A stretch of 52,319 nucleotides of DNA from an uncultured Bacilli bacterium (GCA_944332725.1 CALVKO010000002.1:1-52319), one strand, 5' to 3'; counted from the stretch's first letter, positions 1-10,691 are shown. Numbers and translations: made by a program. The notes: generated from the sequence alone by a model not told the origin.

Positions 1-77
1 TTTTATTTATGTAACATTTTCACTAATTATTAGTTATTAAAAAATGTAACATTTTTACTAATTATTCATAACTTTTT
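1..77. repeat. Left arm of a ~75-bp inverted repeat at the window termini, with two 23-bp units at 9-31 and 44-66
   Basis: Units are ATGTAACATTTTCACTAATTATT (9-31) and ATGTAACATTTTTACTAATTATT (44-66). Reverse complements lie at 52283-52305 (23/23) and 52252-52271 (20/20). Weaker similarity continues about 11 bp inward. Confidence 0.85.
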
Positions 78-157
78 CTAAACAAAATATATACTTTTTT
101 TATTATTTAATAAGTTCTATTTTATCTCAATAATCATTTTTTTATATATTATTTCCC

Positions 158-634
158 CTAAAATTGAACATCATAAAAATCTTGATATCCTATTGTTTCA
201 TAATTATCTCCACATTTAATATATGCGTTATAAATTATTTTCTCATCATCATTGATGAATATTGCGTACCCAGAACAAACAATACTTTTATCTTTAATAT
301 CATTAATTTCACCAATTAATTTTTCTTCTTGTAAGTTTTTAAGAGTTACACTTATTTTTTCACCATCCAATATATCACTATAATATTCTTTTTGATACTT
401 TTTTGCAGCACTTAAAATTGAATTTTCTATTTCTTCATATGATTTATACTGGCTCTTATCTTCGTCATTTTTGTTACCATCATTTTCAGTTTGATGGTTT
501 TCATTATTAATTGGTCCCATTATATTATTAAATGTATTTTGAATTAATACAGCAATTATTACTAAAGCAATCATTAATACTAATACTCCTACTAACATTG
601 CTTGTAATCCCCAACCACGATTATTTAATTTCAT
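158..634 (-). CDS. Membrane-anchored protein with a degenerate prepilin-like N-terminus
   Basis: The N-terminus KLNNRGWGLQAMLVGVLVLMIALVII resembles the K/R-G-F-T-L-x-E-L signal of the two clear pilins in this window but lacks Glu at +5. The C-terminal part resembles the small pseudopilin at 31294-31650. TAG stop. Confidence 0.45.
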   Translation of the reverse strand: MKLNNRGWGLQAMLVGVLVLMIALVIIAVLIQNTFNNIMGPINNENHQTENDGNKNDEDKSQYKSYEEIENSILSAAKKYQKEYYSDILDGEKISVTLKNLQEEKLIGEINDIKDKSIVCSGYAIFINDDEKIIYNAYIKCGDNYETIGYQDFYDVQF

Positions 635-636
635 AG

Positions 637-1308
637 TTAAAATATGTTCCTTTCTTCAATTTCTTCATTAAATCGATATAATTTTGCTGGTCTTCCCATA
701 TATCCTTCATTGACATCTCCAGTATCAATAACATAACCTAAATTTATCATTTTTTTTCTAAAATTTCTTCTATCCATTTTAATATTTAAAACATCTTCAT
801 AAACTTTTTGTAATTCTGGTAATGTGAAATCACTAGGAAACAATATTTTTAAAATGTTACTATTTATAATTCTTTTTCTAAAATAATCTAATAATTTGTT
901 TAATATTTTTTCATGATCATATCCCATTTTTGGAATAGAATTTATATCAAACCAAGATAGTTCTACATCATCTTTTTCTTGTCTTTTTAACACTAAAGTA
1001 ATATTATCTATTAATCCTATAAACGAAGTCGCTACTACTCTATTATCAGGATCTCGATTTAAATTACTAAATGTATAACATTGTTCAATATACATTGTTG
1101 GTAAGCCCAACTTGTCACAAACCACATCCGTTACATTATCTTCTAATGTTTCATCACTATTTAAAACCGAACCAGGTAAAATCCAATATCCTTTATATGG
1201 TTCTGTTTTTTTATGCATCAATAATACCTTTATTTTACCTTTGTCGACTGTAAAAATACCAATTAATGTTTCTAATAATTGATTTTTTTCTTTCTTTGTA
1301 CTACTCAT
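637..1308 (-). CDS. Nudix hydrolase / NrtR-like regulator (Nudix domain plus C-terminal winged helix)
   Basis: Nudix-fold segment GYWILPGSVLNSDETLEDNVTDVVCDKLGL. C-terminal FTLPELQKVYEDVLNIKMDRRNFRKKMINLGYV...GRPAKLYRF is typical of the NrtR wHTH. Start moved to the ATG at 1308, which follows AAGGAG. Confidence 0.6.
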   Translation of the reverse strand: MSSTKKEKNQLLETLIGIFTVDKGKIKVLLMHKKTEPYKGYWILPGSVLNSDETLEDNVTDVVCDKLGLPTMYIEQCYTFSNLNRDPDNRVVATSFIGLIDNITLVLKRQEKDDVELSWFDINSIPKMGYDHEKILNKLLDYFRKRIINSNILKILFPSDFTLPELQKVYEDVLNIKMDRRNFRKKMINLGYVIDTGDVNEGYMGRPAKLYRFNEEIEERNIF

Positions 1309-1385
1309 ATAATTTACTCCTTTGTGTTTAACGTACACTCATTTTACATTAAAAAATAATTTTTGTCAAATTAAAAACTTGGATA

Positions 1386-2462
1386 TTAATTATCCAAATA
1401 ATCTCTTAATTTGCGAGAACGAGATGGGTGTCTTAATTTTCTTAAGGCTTTTGCTTCAATTTGTCTTATTCTTTCACGAGTAACACCGAATAGTTGTCCA
1501 ACTTCTTCTAATGTTCTTGCTTTTCCATCTTCTAATCCAAATCTTAATCTAATTACTTTTTCTTCTCTTTCAGTTAAAGTTAATAAAATATCACTTATTT
1601 CATCTTTTAACATTTCATTAGTTGCATATTCTTCAGGACTCATATTGTGTTCATCTTTAATAAAATCGCCTAAATGAGAATCATCTTCTTCACCAATTGG
1701 AGTTTCTAAACTAACTGGTTCTTGACTTATTTTATAAATTTCTCTTATTTTGTCAACTGATATATTCATTTTTTTTGCTAATTCCTCTTCAGATGGTTCT
1801 CTATTCAATTCAAGTGTCAATTGTCTTTGAATACGGGCTAATTTATTTATTGTTTCAACCATGTGTACTGGAACACGAATAGTACGTGCTTGATCGGCAA
1901 TTGCCCTTGTTATAGCTTGTCTAATCCACCAAGTAGCATAAGTTGAAAATTTATAGCCTTTAGAAACATCAAATTTTTCAACTGCTTTCATTAATCCAAT
2001 GTTACCTTCTTGAATTAAATCCAAAAACAACATTCCTCTTCCAACATATCTTTTAGCAATACTTACAACTAATCTTAAATTGGCTTCTGCTAAAGTTTTT
2101 TTAGCCTCTTCATCATTTTCTAATATTCTATCTGCTAATTCTAATTCTTCTTCATTTGTTAATAATTTAATTTGGCCGATTTCTTTTAAATACATTCTAA
2201 CTGGGTCATTAATATTTAAATCTTTTGTTAAAGTATTATCATCTAATAATATTTTCTCAGAGCCACCGTCTGTTTCCTCTTCTGACACAACAGGTATATT
2301 ATTTTCATTAAATATATTATATAAATCATCTAATGAATCAGCATCTAACTCTAATCCTTTTAAGGCTAGCGCTAAATTTTCATAAGTTAAATAACCTTGT
2401 TCTTTCCCTAATTTTACTAATTCTTCTTTTCTTTCTGTAAACGATTTAATTTCATTAAACAT
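1386..2462 (-). CDS. rpoD: Primary RNA polymerase sigma factor (sigma-70/SigA)
   Basis: Region 2 [27 protein letters not shown] and region 4.2 [30 protein letters not shown]. Overlaps the dnaG stop, the classic dnaG-rpoD operon arrangement. Confidence 0.95.
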   Translation of the reverse strand: MFNEIKSFTERKEELVKLGKEQGYLTYENLALALKGLELDADSLDDLYNIFNENNIPVVSEEETDGGSEKILLDDNTLTKDLNINDPVRMYLKEIGQIKLLTNEEELELADRILENDEEAKKTLAEANLRLVVSIAKRYVGRGMLFLDLIQEGNIGLMKAVEKFDVSKGYKFSTYATWWIRQAITRAIADQARTIRVPVHMVETINKLARIQRQLTLELNREPSEEELAKKMNISVDKIREIYKISQEPVSLETPIGEEDDSHLGDFIKDEHNMSPEEYATNEMLKDEISDILLTLTEREEKVIRLRFGLEDGKARTLEEVGQLFGVTRERIRQIEAKALRKLRHPSRSRKLRDYLDN

Positions 2463-4182
2463 TTTTCTCTCTCCTTACCACTAATTCTAATATTCTTTGT
2501 CCTAATTCAGCTTTTTTTTCTAAATCTGTTTCTTCATTCATTAATTTAGTTAATCTGTTACATTCATCATCGATATTTTTTTCTTCAATAGCATCAAAAT
2601 AATCGATTATTAAATTGTTACTATAATTTTCATTTAAATTTAAAGATTCTATTTTACCTACCACCGAAACTAATTCACTATCTAAATCTGATAAGAAATC
2701 AGCTTCATTTATATAATTATTATTTTTATAAAAATAACTTATTTCGTGGGCTAACATTCGATATTCCTTAGTTGGAAAATAGATTGTCCTATTGTCGAAC
2801 ATTTTAATAACTTCACCACTTCGTAACATATAAAATAATAATCCTAATTGCGCCATATCGTATTTATTAGTTTGAACAATTTTTGGTTTATTTATTTTAA
2901 CAGGTTCTTTTTTTACTAATTTATCTTTTAGAAAATCAACATCTAAATCTGTTTCTTTGCTTAATTTTTTTAATGTTACTTCTCTTAAAATATCATCATC
3001 AATATTATTTAATTGTTCGATTACTTCTTTAGCATATTTTGCTTTATCTACCGTTTGACTTAAATCTTTATTATTTTTTAAATAATTTAATTTAAAATCC
3101 ATTACACTCATTGGATTATTTATTTTTTCAATAAATTTATCTTTACCATATTTTAAAATATATTCATCGGGATCTAAATCTTCTTCTAATCTAACTATCT
3201 TAGGTATTATGTTATGTTCTAATAATATGTCACTACAAGCCATCGTCGCTTTGGCCCCTGCTTTATCGCCATCAAAACATATAATGATGTTACTCGCTAA
3301 GCGTCTAATTATATTAGCGTGTTCTTTAGTAAAAGCGGTTCCTAGTGTGGCTACAACATTTTTTACTCCAGCACTATATGCTCTAATGACATCCATAAAT
3401 CCTTCCATAATAATAACGGTATTTTTCATTCGACATTCATTTTTGGCTCTAGCATAATTATAAACAAATTCACCTTTTTTAAACAATATGTGTTCCTTAC
3501 TGTTGACATATTTAGGGGCATCAATATTTGTATATATTCTACCACTATAACCAATTACTTTATTATTTATATCGTGTAAAGGAAACATAATCCGATCATA
3601 AAAGAAATCGTGAAATCCTCTTTCATCTTTTACTATTAAACCACTATCGATTAAATCTTTTTCTTTAAATTGTTTTTTTTCTAATAAATTAGATAATGCT
3701 TTACTATTTCTAATAGCTAGTCCAATTTCAAATTCTTTAATTAAATCATCGGTTATCTTTCTTTTATATAAATATTCTTTAGCTTCTTTTCCAAACTGTG
3801 TATTTATATTATTAACATAAAATTTTTGACCAATATCATATATTTTATATATATCATTATTTTTTATTGTCTTTGTACTCTTAGTATCTATAGCAATATT
3901 AATACCCGCCATATCAGCAACCATTTTAACTGCTTCGATAAAAGAAACGTGTTCGTACTCTTTGATAAAACTAAAAACATTACCAGCAGTATGACAAGAA
4001 AAACAAGAAAATATCTGTTTATCTGGTGAAACACTTAAAGATGGATCACTATCTTCGTGAAATGGACATACACCAAAATAATTTTTTCCTTTTTTGGTAA
4101 GAGGAATATATTTTGATACTACATCAACAATGTCAACACTATTTCTTATTTCATTTATTTGTTCCTGTGATAATGTTTGCAT
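2455..4182 (-). CDS. dnaG: DNA primase
   Basis: Zinc-ribbon [34 protein letters not shown] and TOPRIM motifs [10 protein letters not shown] and CFDGDKAG. Confidence 0.95.
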   Translation of the reverse strand: MQTLSQEQINEIRNSVDIVDVVSKYIPLTKKGKNYFGVCPFHEDSDPSLSVSPDKQIFSCFSCHTAGNVFSFIKEYEHVSFIEAVKMVADMAGINIAIDTKSTKTIKNNDIYKIYDIGQKFYVNNINTQFGKEAKEYLYKRKITDDLIKEFEIGLAIRNSKALSNLLEKKQFKEKDLIDSGLIVKDERGFHDFFYDRIMFPLHDINNKVIGYSGRIYTNIDAPKYVNSKEHILFKKGEFVYNYARAKNECRMKNTVIIMEGFMDVIRAYSAGVKNVVATLGTAFTKEHANIIRRLASNIIICFDGDKAGAKATMACSDILLEHNIIPKIVRLEEDLDPDEYILKYGKDKFIEKINNPMSVMDFKLNYLKNNKDLSQTVDKAKYAKEVIEQLNNIDDDILREVTLKKLSKETDLDVDFLKDKLVKKEPVKINKPKIVQTNKYDMAQLGLLFYMLRSGEVIKMFDNRTIYFPTKEYRMLAHEISYFYKNNNYINEADFLSDLDSELVSVVGKIESLNLNENYSNNLIIDYFDAIEEKNIDDECNRLTKLMNEETDLEKKAELGQRILELVVRREKNV

Positions 4183-4287
4183 ATTTATCTCCCCTATTTA
4201 TTAATATACGACAAAAATTAACAATTTCCTTTTTTTTTACATATTTTTTTTAAATTTTTTCATATTATTTAATAAGGAGTGAACAAA

Positions 4288-4818
4288 ATGAGTTTAAAAA
4301 CAATTAAGATTATTGGATTTTTTGCTATTTTTCTATTATGTTTTTTATTTCATTTTTTATATGATTGGTTTCCTAATTCTTTATTTAGTATATTCTTTCC
4401 GGTTAACGAAAGTATTTGGGAACATATGAAATTAATTTATACATCTTATATATTTTATGGTATATTTGACTACATTTTATTAAGGAAAAATAAAATAAAT
4501 AATTTTTTTATTCAATTATTTTTAATACCAATTATTAGTATAATTTTATATTTAATTATTTTTATTCCCATTTATAAAATGATTGGTGAAAATATGATAA
4601 TAAGTATTGGATTACTCGCAATCATAATAATAATTGAACAAATATTAAGTTATTTTATATTACAATATAAAGAGATAAAATATCAAAATTTTATTGGAAT
4701 AATTGGCATTATATTAGTGTATATTATATTTGGTTATTTAACTTATAATCCAATCGAAAACTATTTATTCTATGATACTGTCAAAGATAAATATGGTATT
4801 AATATATATATAAAATAA
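4288..4818 (+). CDS. Polytopic membrane protein, unknown function
   Basis: About five hydrophobic helices. AAGGAG sits 8 nt before the ATG at 4288 (the ORF-track GTG at 4279 lies inside the RBS). Followed by a terminator. Confidence 0.6.
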   Translation: MSLKTIKIIGFFAIFLLCFLFHFLYDWFPNSLFSIFFPVNESIWEHMKLIYTSYIFYGIFDYILLRKNKINNFFIQLFLIPIISIILYLIIFIPIYKMIGENMIISIGLLAIIIIIEQILSYFILQYKEIKYQNFIGIIGIILVYIIFGYLTYNPIENYLFYDTVKDKYGINIYIK

Positions 4819-4843
4819 AAAGGGCTAAAAACCCTTTTTATTT
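4817..4843 (+). terminator. Rho-independent terminator
   Basis: AAAAAGGG-ctaaaaa-CCCTTTTT followed by a T-rich tail. Confidence 0.75.
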
Positions 4844-4994
4844 GGAATTAATTCCATCTATATTAAACGCTAAATAGCATTAGCGTACCACTATATAACA
4901 AGTATACACTTGTTAATATCTATATTCAGTATATCCATTTATATATTTTTTATTCATTTATAATATATACTTTTTTTTAAAATTGGTGTAGGTT

Positions 4995-5876
4995 TTAAAC
5001 TAATTCATATTCCTTTGATATAATTCTTTTATCACTACAATATTCCATAATAAATTTATTATCTTTTTTACATATAATTATTCCAATTGTTTTATCTTGT
5101 GTTATTTTTTTTATTGTTTTATCGATATAATTCATATATACTTCTATTTGTCCTATATATTCTTTTTTTAGTTCTGTTATTTTTAATTCTACTACTACAT
5201 AACAATTAAATTCGATGTTATATAATAATAAATCTATATAATTATATCTATTTCCTATTTTTATTTTATATTCATTAGCTATATAACTAAAATTATTACC
5301 AAGTTCTAATAAAAAATTATCTATATCTTCTAATATTAATTGTTTTAATATTTTTTCTGATATTTCTTCATAATTATGACTATTTTTAATCAATATAGGA
5401 TTCTTAATCATATCTGTTATTTCAAATTTTTCTTCAACAATTATTTTTAATTTTGTTTTGTTATCTAATCTTTCATATTCTTTGTTTTTTATTTTTTCTC
5501 GTAATTGTCTAACTGATAAATTATTTTGTTCTGTTATCTTAATATAATAATTTATTTGATCATCTTCAAGCCAAATTATTTCACAATAGTGTGAGAACGT
5601 CAATTTATCCGACATTGTCGGACATTTTGAAAAAAATTCATAAAATTTTCTAAAATACCTTAATCTAGTTTGAGTAAAGCCTTTACCAAACTCATTAGTT
5701 AACTTAATAGAATATTCTTTTATTATTCCTTCACCATAATGTTTTCCGGCTTCTTTTAATAATTTTCCTACATTGTAATATGTATCTAAATCACTTTTAT
5801 TTTTACTATAATCTTTTACTTTTTTAGTTATTTCATTATTTATTATTTGTTCTTTTATTTCGTTATAATAATTCAT
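4995..5876 (-). CDS. PD-(D/E)XK nuclease, YhcG/DUF1016-like (intact copy)
   Basis: N-terminus MNYYNEIKEQI...YYNVGKLLKEAGKHYGEGIIKEYS and C-terminal nuclease core YIDLLLYNIEFNCYVVVELK. Start taken at MNYYNE. Confidence 0.75.
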   Translation of the reverse strand: MNYYNEIKEQIINNEITKKVKDYSKNKSDLDTYYNVGKLLKEAGKHYGEGIIKEYSIKLTNEFGKGFTQTRLRYFRKFYEFFSKCPTMSDKLTFSHYCEIIWLEDDQINYYIKITEQNNLSVRQLREKIKNKEYERLDNKTKLKIIVEEKFEITDMIKNPILIKNSHNYEEISEKILKQLILEDIDNFLLELGNNFSYIANEYKIKIGNRYNYIDLLLYNIEFNCYVVVELKITELKKEYIGQIEVYMNYIDKTIKKITQDKTIGIIICKKDNKFIMEYCSDKRIISKEYELV

Positions 5877-5887
5877 AACCACTCCTT

Positions 5888-6454
5888 TTATTGTACACAT
5901 TTTTTAATTTCTATTTCTTTTTTTAGTTTAAATCTAATACTACCATTAATATCAGTTCTGTAAATAATACTATCTTTTAAATTATCCAACACTTCAGTGT
6001 TAGGATGACCATACCAATTATTTTTACCAACTGATATAGCTGAATATTTTGGATTGATTTTGTTTATAAAAACTTCACTACTACTCGTTTTACTTCCGTG
6101 ATGCCCAACTTTTAGTATATCTATGTTACTTAAATTATAATTATTTAATATATTCTTTTCTACCTCTATTCCAGCATCACCCATTAATAGTGATTTAATA
6201 CCATTTATTTTGAAATAAATTACACTTGAATTATCGTTTTCATTAGTATATAAGGAATTATTTAAAAAATATAATTTGTTATTATATATATTTAATTGTT
6301 TTAAGCCTTTAAAATAATTAATGTTTTTAAATTCTAATACTTCAATTAAACTAAGTTCTAAATCATTATAATTGTTATGATTAAATATAACATTATCTAT
6401 TTTAAAATCATTAATTAAATTAATACTTTCACCCATATGATCATAATCACCATG
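5888..6454 (-). pseudogene. Detached 3' fragment of comEC (metallo-beta-lactamase domain only)
   Basis: About 60% aa identity to the C-terminus of the full comEC (GDAG..E..., VGHHGSKTSS, YGHPN, YRTD.NGS). A 21-nt identical run at 6434-6454 equals 8615-8635, after which the similarity stops. No 5' part of the gene is present. Confidence 0.8.
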
Positions 6455-6551
6455 TGGTGATTGTCAAAAAGTAAGTCGAATCAATATAATATATCAATTA
6501 TGAAGTAAATGTTATAATAATGATATCTAATTATAAGGAGGTGATTTTGTA

Positions 6552-7121
6552 ATGTATTTATTAATAATGCTAATACCAATATTAATAATATATCCGTTTT
6601 TCATTTCTAAATATATAGATAAACATACAATAACTAAAGAACCAAGCATAAAGCAAATAACAAAAAATATGGGCCTAATATCCTTGATATCTATAATATC
6701 TATAATTGTCATTAGTTATTTATTGAATATATATTATAGTTTAATACCAAGTTCAACTTCTAGCTTATGTACAAACACTGGTGGTTGGACCTATTCTTGC
6801 CAAGGAGACACACATACCGCCCCAATATTGCTAGCTGCAATAGGCCTAGTAATAATTACTTATCATTTTCTTTCACAAAAATTCGTATATAAAATCTTTG
6901 AATATAGTAAGGGAGTTTTTAAATACATTTATATGTATATCCATATGTTTATTATATATTTCTTAAATTTTTGGCTTTTATTGTACTTATATGGTTTATT
7001 TATTTCAGTACACTATGACTCAGTACTAATTGAACTATTAAGATTTTTCGTATTTATTTCTCCAACTTGCCTCTTTATTATTTCAACATTAATATATGTG
7101 CATAAAAACAAGAACAACTAA
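6552..7121 (+). CDS. Polytopic membrane protein, unknown function
   Basis: AGGAGGTG RBS, several hydrophobic helices, and a Cys-containing loop CTNTGGWTYSCQGDTH. Ends inside a terminator hairpin. Confidence 0.55.
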   Translation: MYLLIMLIPILIIYPFFISKYIDKHTITKEPSIKQITKNMGLISLISIISIIVISYLLNIYYSLIPSSTSSLCTNTGGWTYSCQGDTHTAPILLAAIGLVIITYHFLSQKFVYKIFEYSKGVFKYIYMYIHMFIIYFLNFWLLLYLYGLFISVHYDSVLIELLRFFVFISPTCLFIISTLIYVHKNKNN

Positions 7122-7135
7122 TTCTTGTTTTTTTT
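7106..7135. terminator. Bidirectional hairpin terminator
   Basis: AAACAAGAA-caactaa-TTCTTGTTT followed by a T-run. Lies between the convergent genes 6552-7121 (+) and 7134-8023 (-). Confidence 0.7.
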
Positions 7136-8023
7136 ACACTAATTCATATTCTCTAACTGCAATTCTTTCATCTGAACAATATTCTATTACAAACTTGTTT
7201 TCTCTTTTACATATCAAGATTCCCATTGTATTGTTATTACTTACTTGTTTGATATTCTTATCAATATAATTCATATACTTCTGAACTTGTGAAATATATT
7301 CTACTTTAAACTCAGTTACTTTTAGTCAACAGCGACATAGCAATTGTATTTTATATTAAATAATAACAAATCAATATAATGGTTTCTATCACCTATTTTA
7401 ATTTTGTATTCACTACCAATAAAACTATATGAATCACCAAGTTCTTTCATAAATGATTCAATATCTTCCAAAATCAACTTTTGTAAAACCTTCTCAGATA
7501 TAATTTCATAATTATTACTATTTTTAATTATTATTGGATTAGGTACTAAATCTTTTATTTCGATTTTATCTTGGATTTTAAGTTTGGTTTTAGTATCTTC
7601 TGGCAGTCTTTCATATTCTTTAGCTTTTATTTTCTCTTGTAATTGTCTTTGAGTTAGATTATTATTTTTAGATATATTTATATAATATAGTATTTCATCA
7701 TAATCATCTAATGGTAATAAAAGTAAATAATGTGACCAAGTTAATTGTGTCAACATTGTTGTCACTTTTTTATTACTAAATACACTATAGAATTGCTTCA
7801 TCCTAAATAAAGTTCTTCTATTATATTGTTTACCTACTTCAATAACTAATTTTTTAGAATATTCATCTATAATATTATCCCCATATTTGCCACCAGCTTC
7901 ATTTAATAATTTACCTATCTCAAAATATGTGATTCCTTTCTGTCTTTCTTTTGAATAATCTTTTACTCTTGAATATATTTCGTTATCTATTAATCTATTC
8001 TTTATCTCATTATAATAATTCAT
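7134..8023 (-). pseudogene. YhcG/DUF1016-like PD-(D/E)XK nuclease, frameshifted copy
   Basis: The ORF stops at ...NCYVAVD* (7322). The homologous C-terminus LKVTEFKVEYISQVQKYMNYIDK...EYCSDERIAVREYELV continues in another frame to the stop at 7134. Consistent with a 1-nt deletion near 7325. Confidence 0.75.
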
Positions 8024-8065
8024 ATTTACTCCTTTCATAATTATGTCGCCAGTGGTGACACTTTT

Positions 8066-10051
8066 CTATGGACTACAAGTCTCAATCTTTAATTTATTAT
8101 TTTTAATCTTAAACATAACACTTCCATTCTGGTCTGTTCTATATATTTTTGAATCACTTAAATTATTTAATACTTCCTTATTTGGATGACCATATCTATT
8201 ATTCTTACCAACACTAATAATAGAGTATTTTGGATTTATTTCATTAATAAATTCTTTACCACTACTTGTCTTACTTCCATGATGACCTACTTTTAATACA
8301 TCTATATCTTGTAAATTATATTTTTCAATCAAGTCTTCTTCTACACCTACTCCAGCATCTCCCATAAATAGAAACTTGTGATTATTTAATTTAGTATAAA
8401 TAACTGATGAATTATCATTCTCATTACCATAATCTTTATTATTTAAAGAGTATAGTTTGTTATTATCAACATTTAATTCTTTAACACAAGAATAATATGG
8501 TATCTTCTTTTTATCCAATACTTTTATTAGTTCTTGTTCTAGTTCATTAAACTCACCACAATTAAATATTACTTTTTCTACTTTAAAGTTTTCTACTAAA
8601 TTAATTGCTTCACCCATATGATCATAATCACCATGAGTTAAAATTAAATAATTTATTTTTTTAATACCTAATGATTTAAAATATGGAATTAATTTATTTT
8701 TAGCCATATTATAATCGCTAAACATATCCCCTCCAGTATCAATTAAAATAGATTTATCTTTAATTTCTAATAAAATAGAATCACCTTGTCTAACATCAAT
8801 CATAGTTAAATAACTATTTTGATTAAAATATTTTATATTATTATGTAATATTAATATTATTATTAAAATATAAAAATACTTAGGTTTAACAAATATTAAG
8901 GTAATAATTAAATAATAAAATATAAATACCAAATAATTCATCTTAGCCATTATTAAATTAATATTAAATTGATTACAAAATAAAGTTAAAGATTCCATTA
9001 TACCAGTTAAGAAATATAATAAATTATCTAATATAGGAAATATTAAAGTTAATAAAGATAAAGGAAAAATAATTAAAGATATCAAAGGAACAAATATTAA
9101 ATTAATAAAAGGACTAATTATATTTATATAATAAAAGTTATTAATCATAATTGGAATACTTGCTACAAAACAAATAGTAGAAGTAATAAATAATTTAACA
9201 AAATAATTATTAAATTTATTACTTAATTTACCAAAATAAATCAAATAAAAACTTATTACAAAACTAAATAAAAATCCCACATTATAAATGTAATAAGGAT
9301 TATAAAATAACATAAAACTAGCAATTAATAAAATTAAATATTTCTTATCTATTTTATTAAAAACATAAAGAAATACTGCCCTTAAAACCGATGGCGTAAA
9401 ACTAGTTAAAAAAGCATAAAATATTAAAAAAACACTTATTATAAAATAACTATATTTAAATTTTTTTAACATTTTTGATAATATAACTGTTAATAAAGAA
9501 ATATGCATACCCGATATAGCCAGTAAATGACTAACCCCATTTTCTTGATAACTACTTAATATTTCATCATTTAAATCTTGTTTATCGCCCAAAACAAATG
9601 TTTTAACATATTCTTTACTTTTCAAATTATTTATTTTTTCATATATTTTATTTTTTATTTCATACAATATATTTTTATTATCCTTTACTTTTTCAATCTT
9701 ATCAGCATATAAAATAAAATATATTTTATTACTTAATAAATATTTACGATAATTAAATAAATTAAAAACCGTATTATCATAAGGAATATTTAAAGTACCA
9801 CTTATTTTTACATAATCTCCTAATTCGTAATTTAAATTACCATAATATGATACTTTTATTTTTTCTTTGGCTTTAACTATTAAATCAGTTTTATTATCAC
9901 TATAAGTTATATTAATTATTTTACCAATTAATGTTATATCTCCCTCATTATAATTAGTTTTATAAATTAAACTATTAGTAATTAAAAAAGTATATGAAAT
10001 AGCAATAATTAAAATTATTTTAGATAGTAAGTCGATCTTTAATTTTTTCAT
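8066..10051 (-). CDS. comEC: DNA internalization competence protein ComEC/Rec2
   Basis: N-terminal OB-like region, a polytopic competence domain, and a C-terminal metallo-beta-lactamase domain (ILTHGDYDHMGE, VGHHGSKTSS). Confidence 0.9.
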   Translation of the reverse strand: MKKLKIDLLSKIILIIAISYTFLITNSLIYKTNYNEGDITLIGKIINITYSDNKTDLIVKAKEKIKVSYYGNLNYELGDYVKISGTLNIPYDNTVFNLFNYRKYLLSNKIYFILYADKIEKVKDNKNILYEIKNKIYEKINNLKSKEYVKTFVLGDKQDLNDEILSSYQENGVSHLLAISGMHISLLTVILSKMLKKFKYSYFIISVFLIFYAFLTSFTPSVLRAVFLYVFNKIDKKYLILLIASFMLFYNPYYIYNVGFLFSFVISFYLIYFGKLSNKFNNYFVKLFITSTICFVASIPIMINNFYYINIISPFINLIFVPLISLIIFPLSLLTLIFPILDNLLYFLTGIMESLTLFCNQFNINLIMAKMNYLVFIFYYLIITLIFVKPKYFYILIIILILHNNIKYFNQNSYLTMIDVRQGDSILLEIKDKSILIDTGGDMFSDYNMAKNKLIPYFKSLGIKKINYLILTHGDYDHMGEAINLVENFKVEKVIFNCGEFNELEQELIKVLDKKKIPYYSCVKELNVDNNKLYSLNNKDYGNENDNSSVIYTKLNNHKFLFMGDAGVGVEEDLIEKYNLQDIDVLKVGHHGSKTSSGKEFINEINPKYSIISVGKNNRYGHPNKEVLNNLSDSKIYRTDQNGSVMFKIKNNKLKIETCSP

Positions 10052-10685
10052 AAGTTGCGGTACCTATTCCATCTACTTCTAATATTTCTTCAATTGATTT
10101 AAAACTATGTTTTTTTCGATATTCAATTATTGCTTGAGCCTTTTTTTCACCAATACCATCTAATGTCATCAATTCATCTAAACTAGCATTATTTAAAGAT
10201 ATCTTGCCATTTGTTGAACTAGAATTATTATCTAAAACATTATCGATACTATTTTCAATACAAGCATCATTTTCTAATTTTGGACAAATACATTCTTTTT
10301 CAATATATTTTATACTTGTGCTTCCTTTTTTCATTTCTTCAATTTCATCTTTAGTATAAATAATAATAACCATTTCATCAATAACATTTTTACTTAAATT
10401 AATTACACTAGTATCAGCTTCATTCGTTAATCCACCACTTATATCAATTACATCACTAACTCGACTATTTTCTTCTACTTCATATACTCCAGGATTTTTT
10501 ACAGCACCTTTAATATCAACCTTAACTATTTCTGAAACTATTTTTTCTTCTTCTAAAATGTTTTCTTCAGTTTTAATTATTTCTTCTTCTAATTGAATCT
10601 CTTCACTATCTTTGTTAAAAATTATAAATACAATTACTAATAGAACAATTATAATTATCCATATGTATTTTTTTAAATAAAACAT
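10020..10685 (-). CDS. comEA: Competence protein ComEA (DNA receptor)
   Basis: N-terminal TM helix, SLBB-like VDIKGAVKNPGVYEV, and tandem C-terminal helix-hairpin-helix LDELMTLDGIGEKKAQAIIEYR...ILEVDGIGTATYEKIK. Confidence 0.85.
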   Translation of the reverse strand: MFYLKKYIWIIIIVLLVIVFIIFNKDSEEIQLEEEIIKTEENILEEEKIVSEIVKVDIKGAVKNPGVYEVEENSRVSDVIDISGGLTNEADTSVINLSKNVIDEMVIIIYTKDEIEEMKKGSTSIKYIEKECICPKLENDACIENSIDNVLDNNSSSTNGKISLNNASLDELMTLDGIGEKKAQAIIEYRKKHSFKSIEEILEVDGIGTATYEKIKDRLTI

Positions 10686-10691
10686 AATTCA

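Noticed and set aside
6527-6712. 61-aa minus-strand ORF overlapping the start of the plus-strand membrane-protein gene.
   Set aside because: It is the antisense shadow of the better-supported 6552-7121 gene, which has an AGGAGGTG RBS and a terminator. The minus-strand ORF has no RBS.
4279-7121. A simple tandem duplication of a three-gene unit (membrane protein + DUF1016 + comEC 3' end). Both copies are followed, at lower coordinates, by a plus-strand membrane-protein gene.
   Set aside because: The two membrane proteins (4288-4818 and 6552-7121) show no recognisable sequence similarity to each other, and the shared parts are only ~55-60% identical. A recent tandem duplication does not fit.
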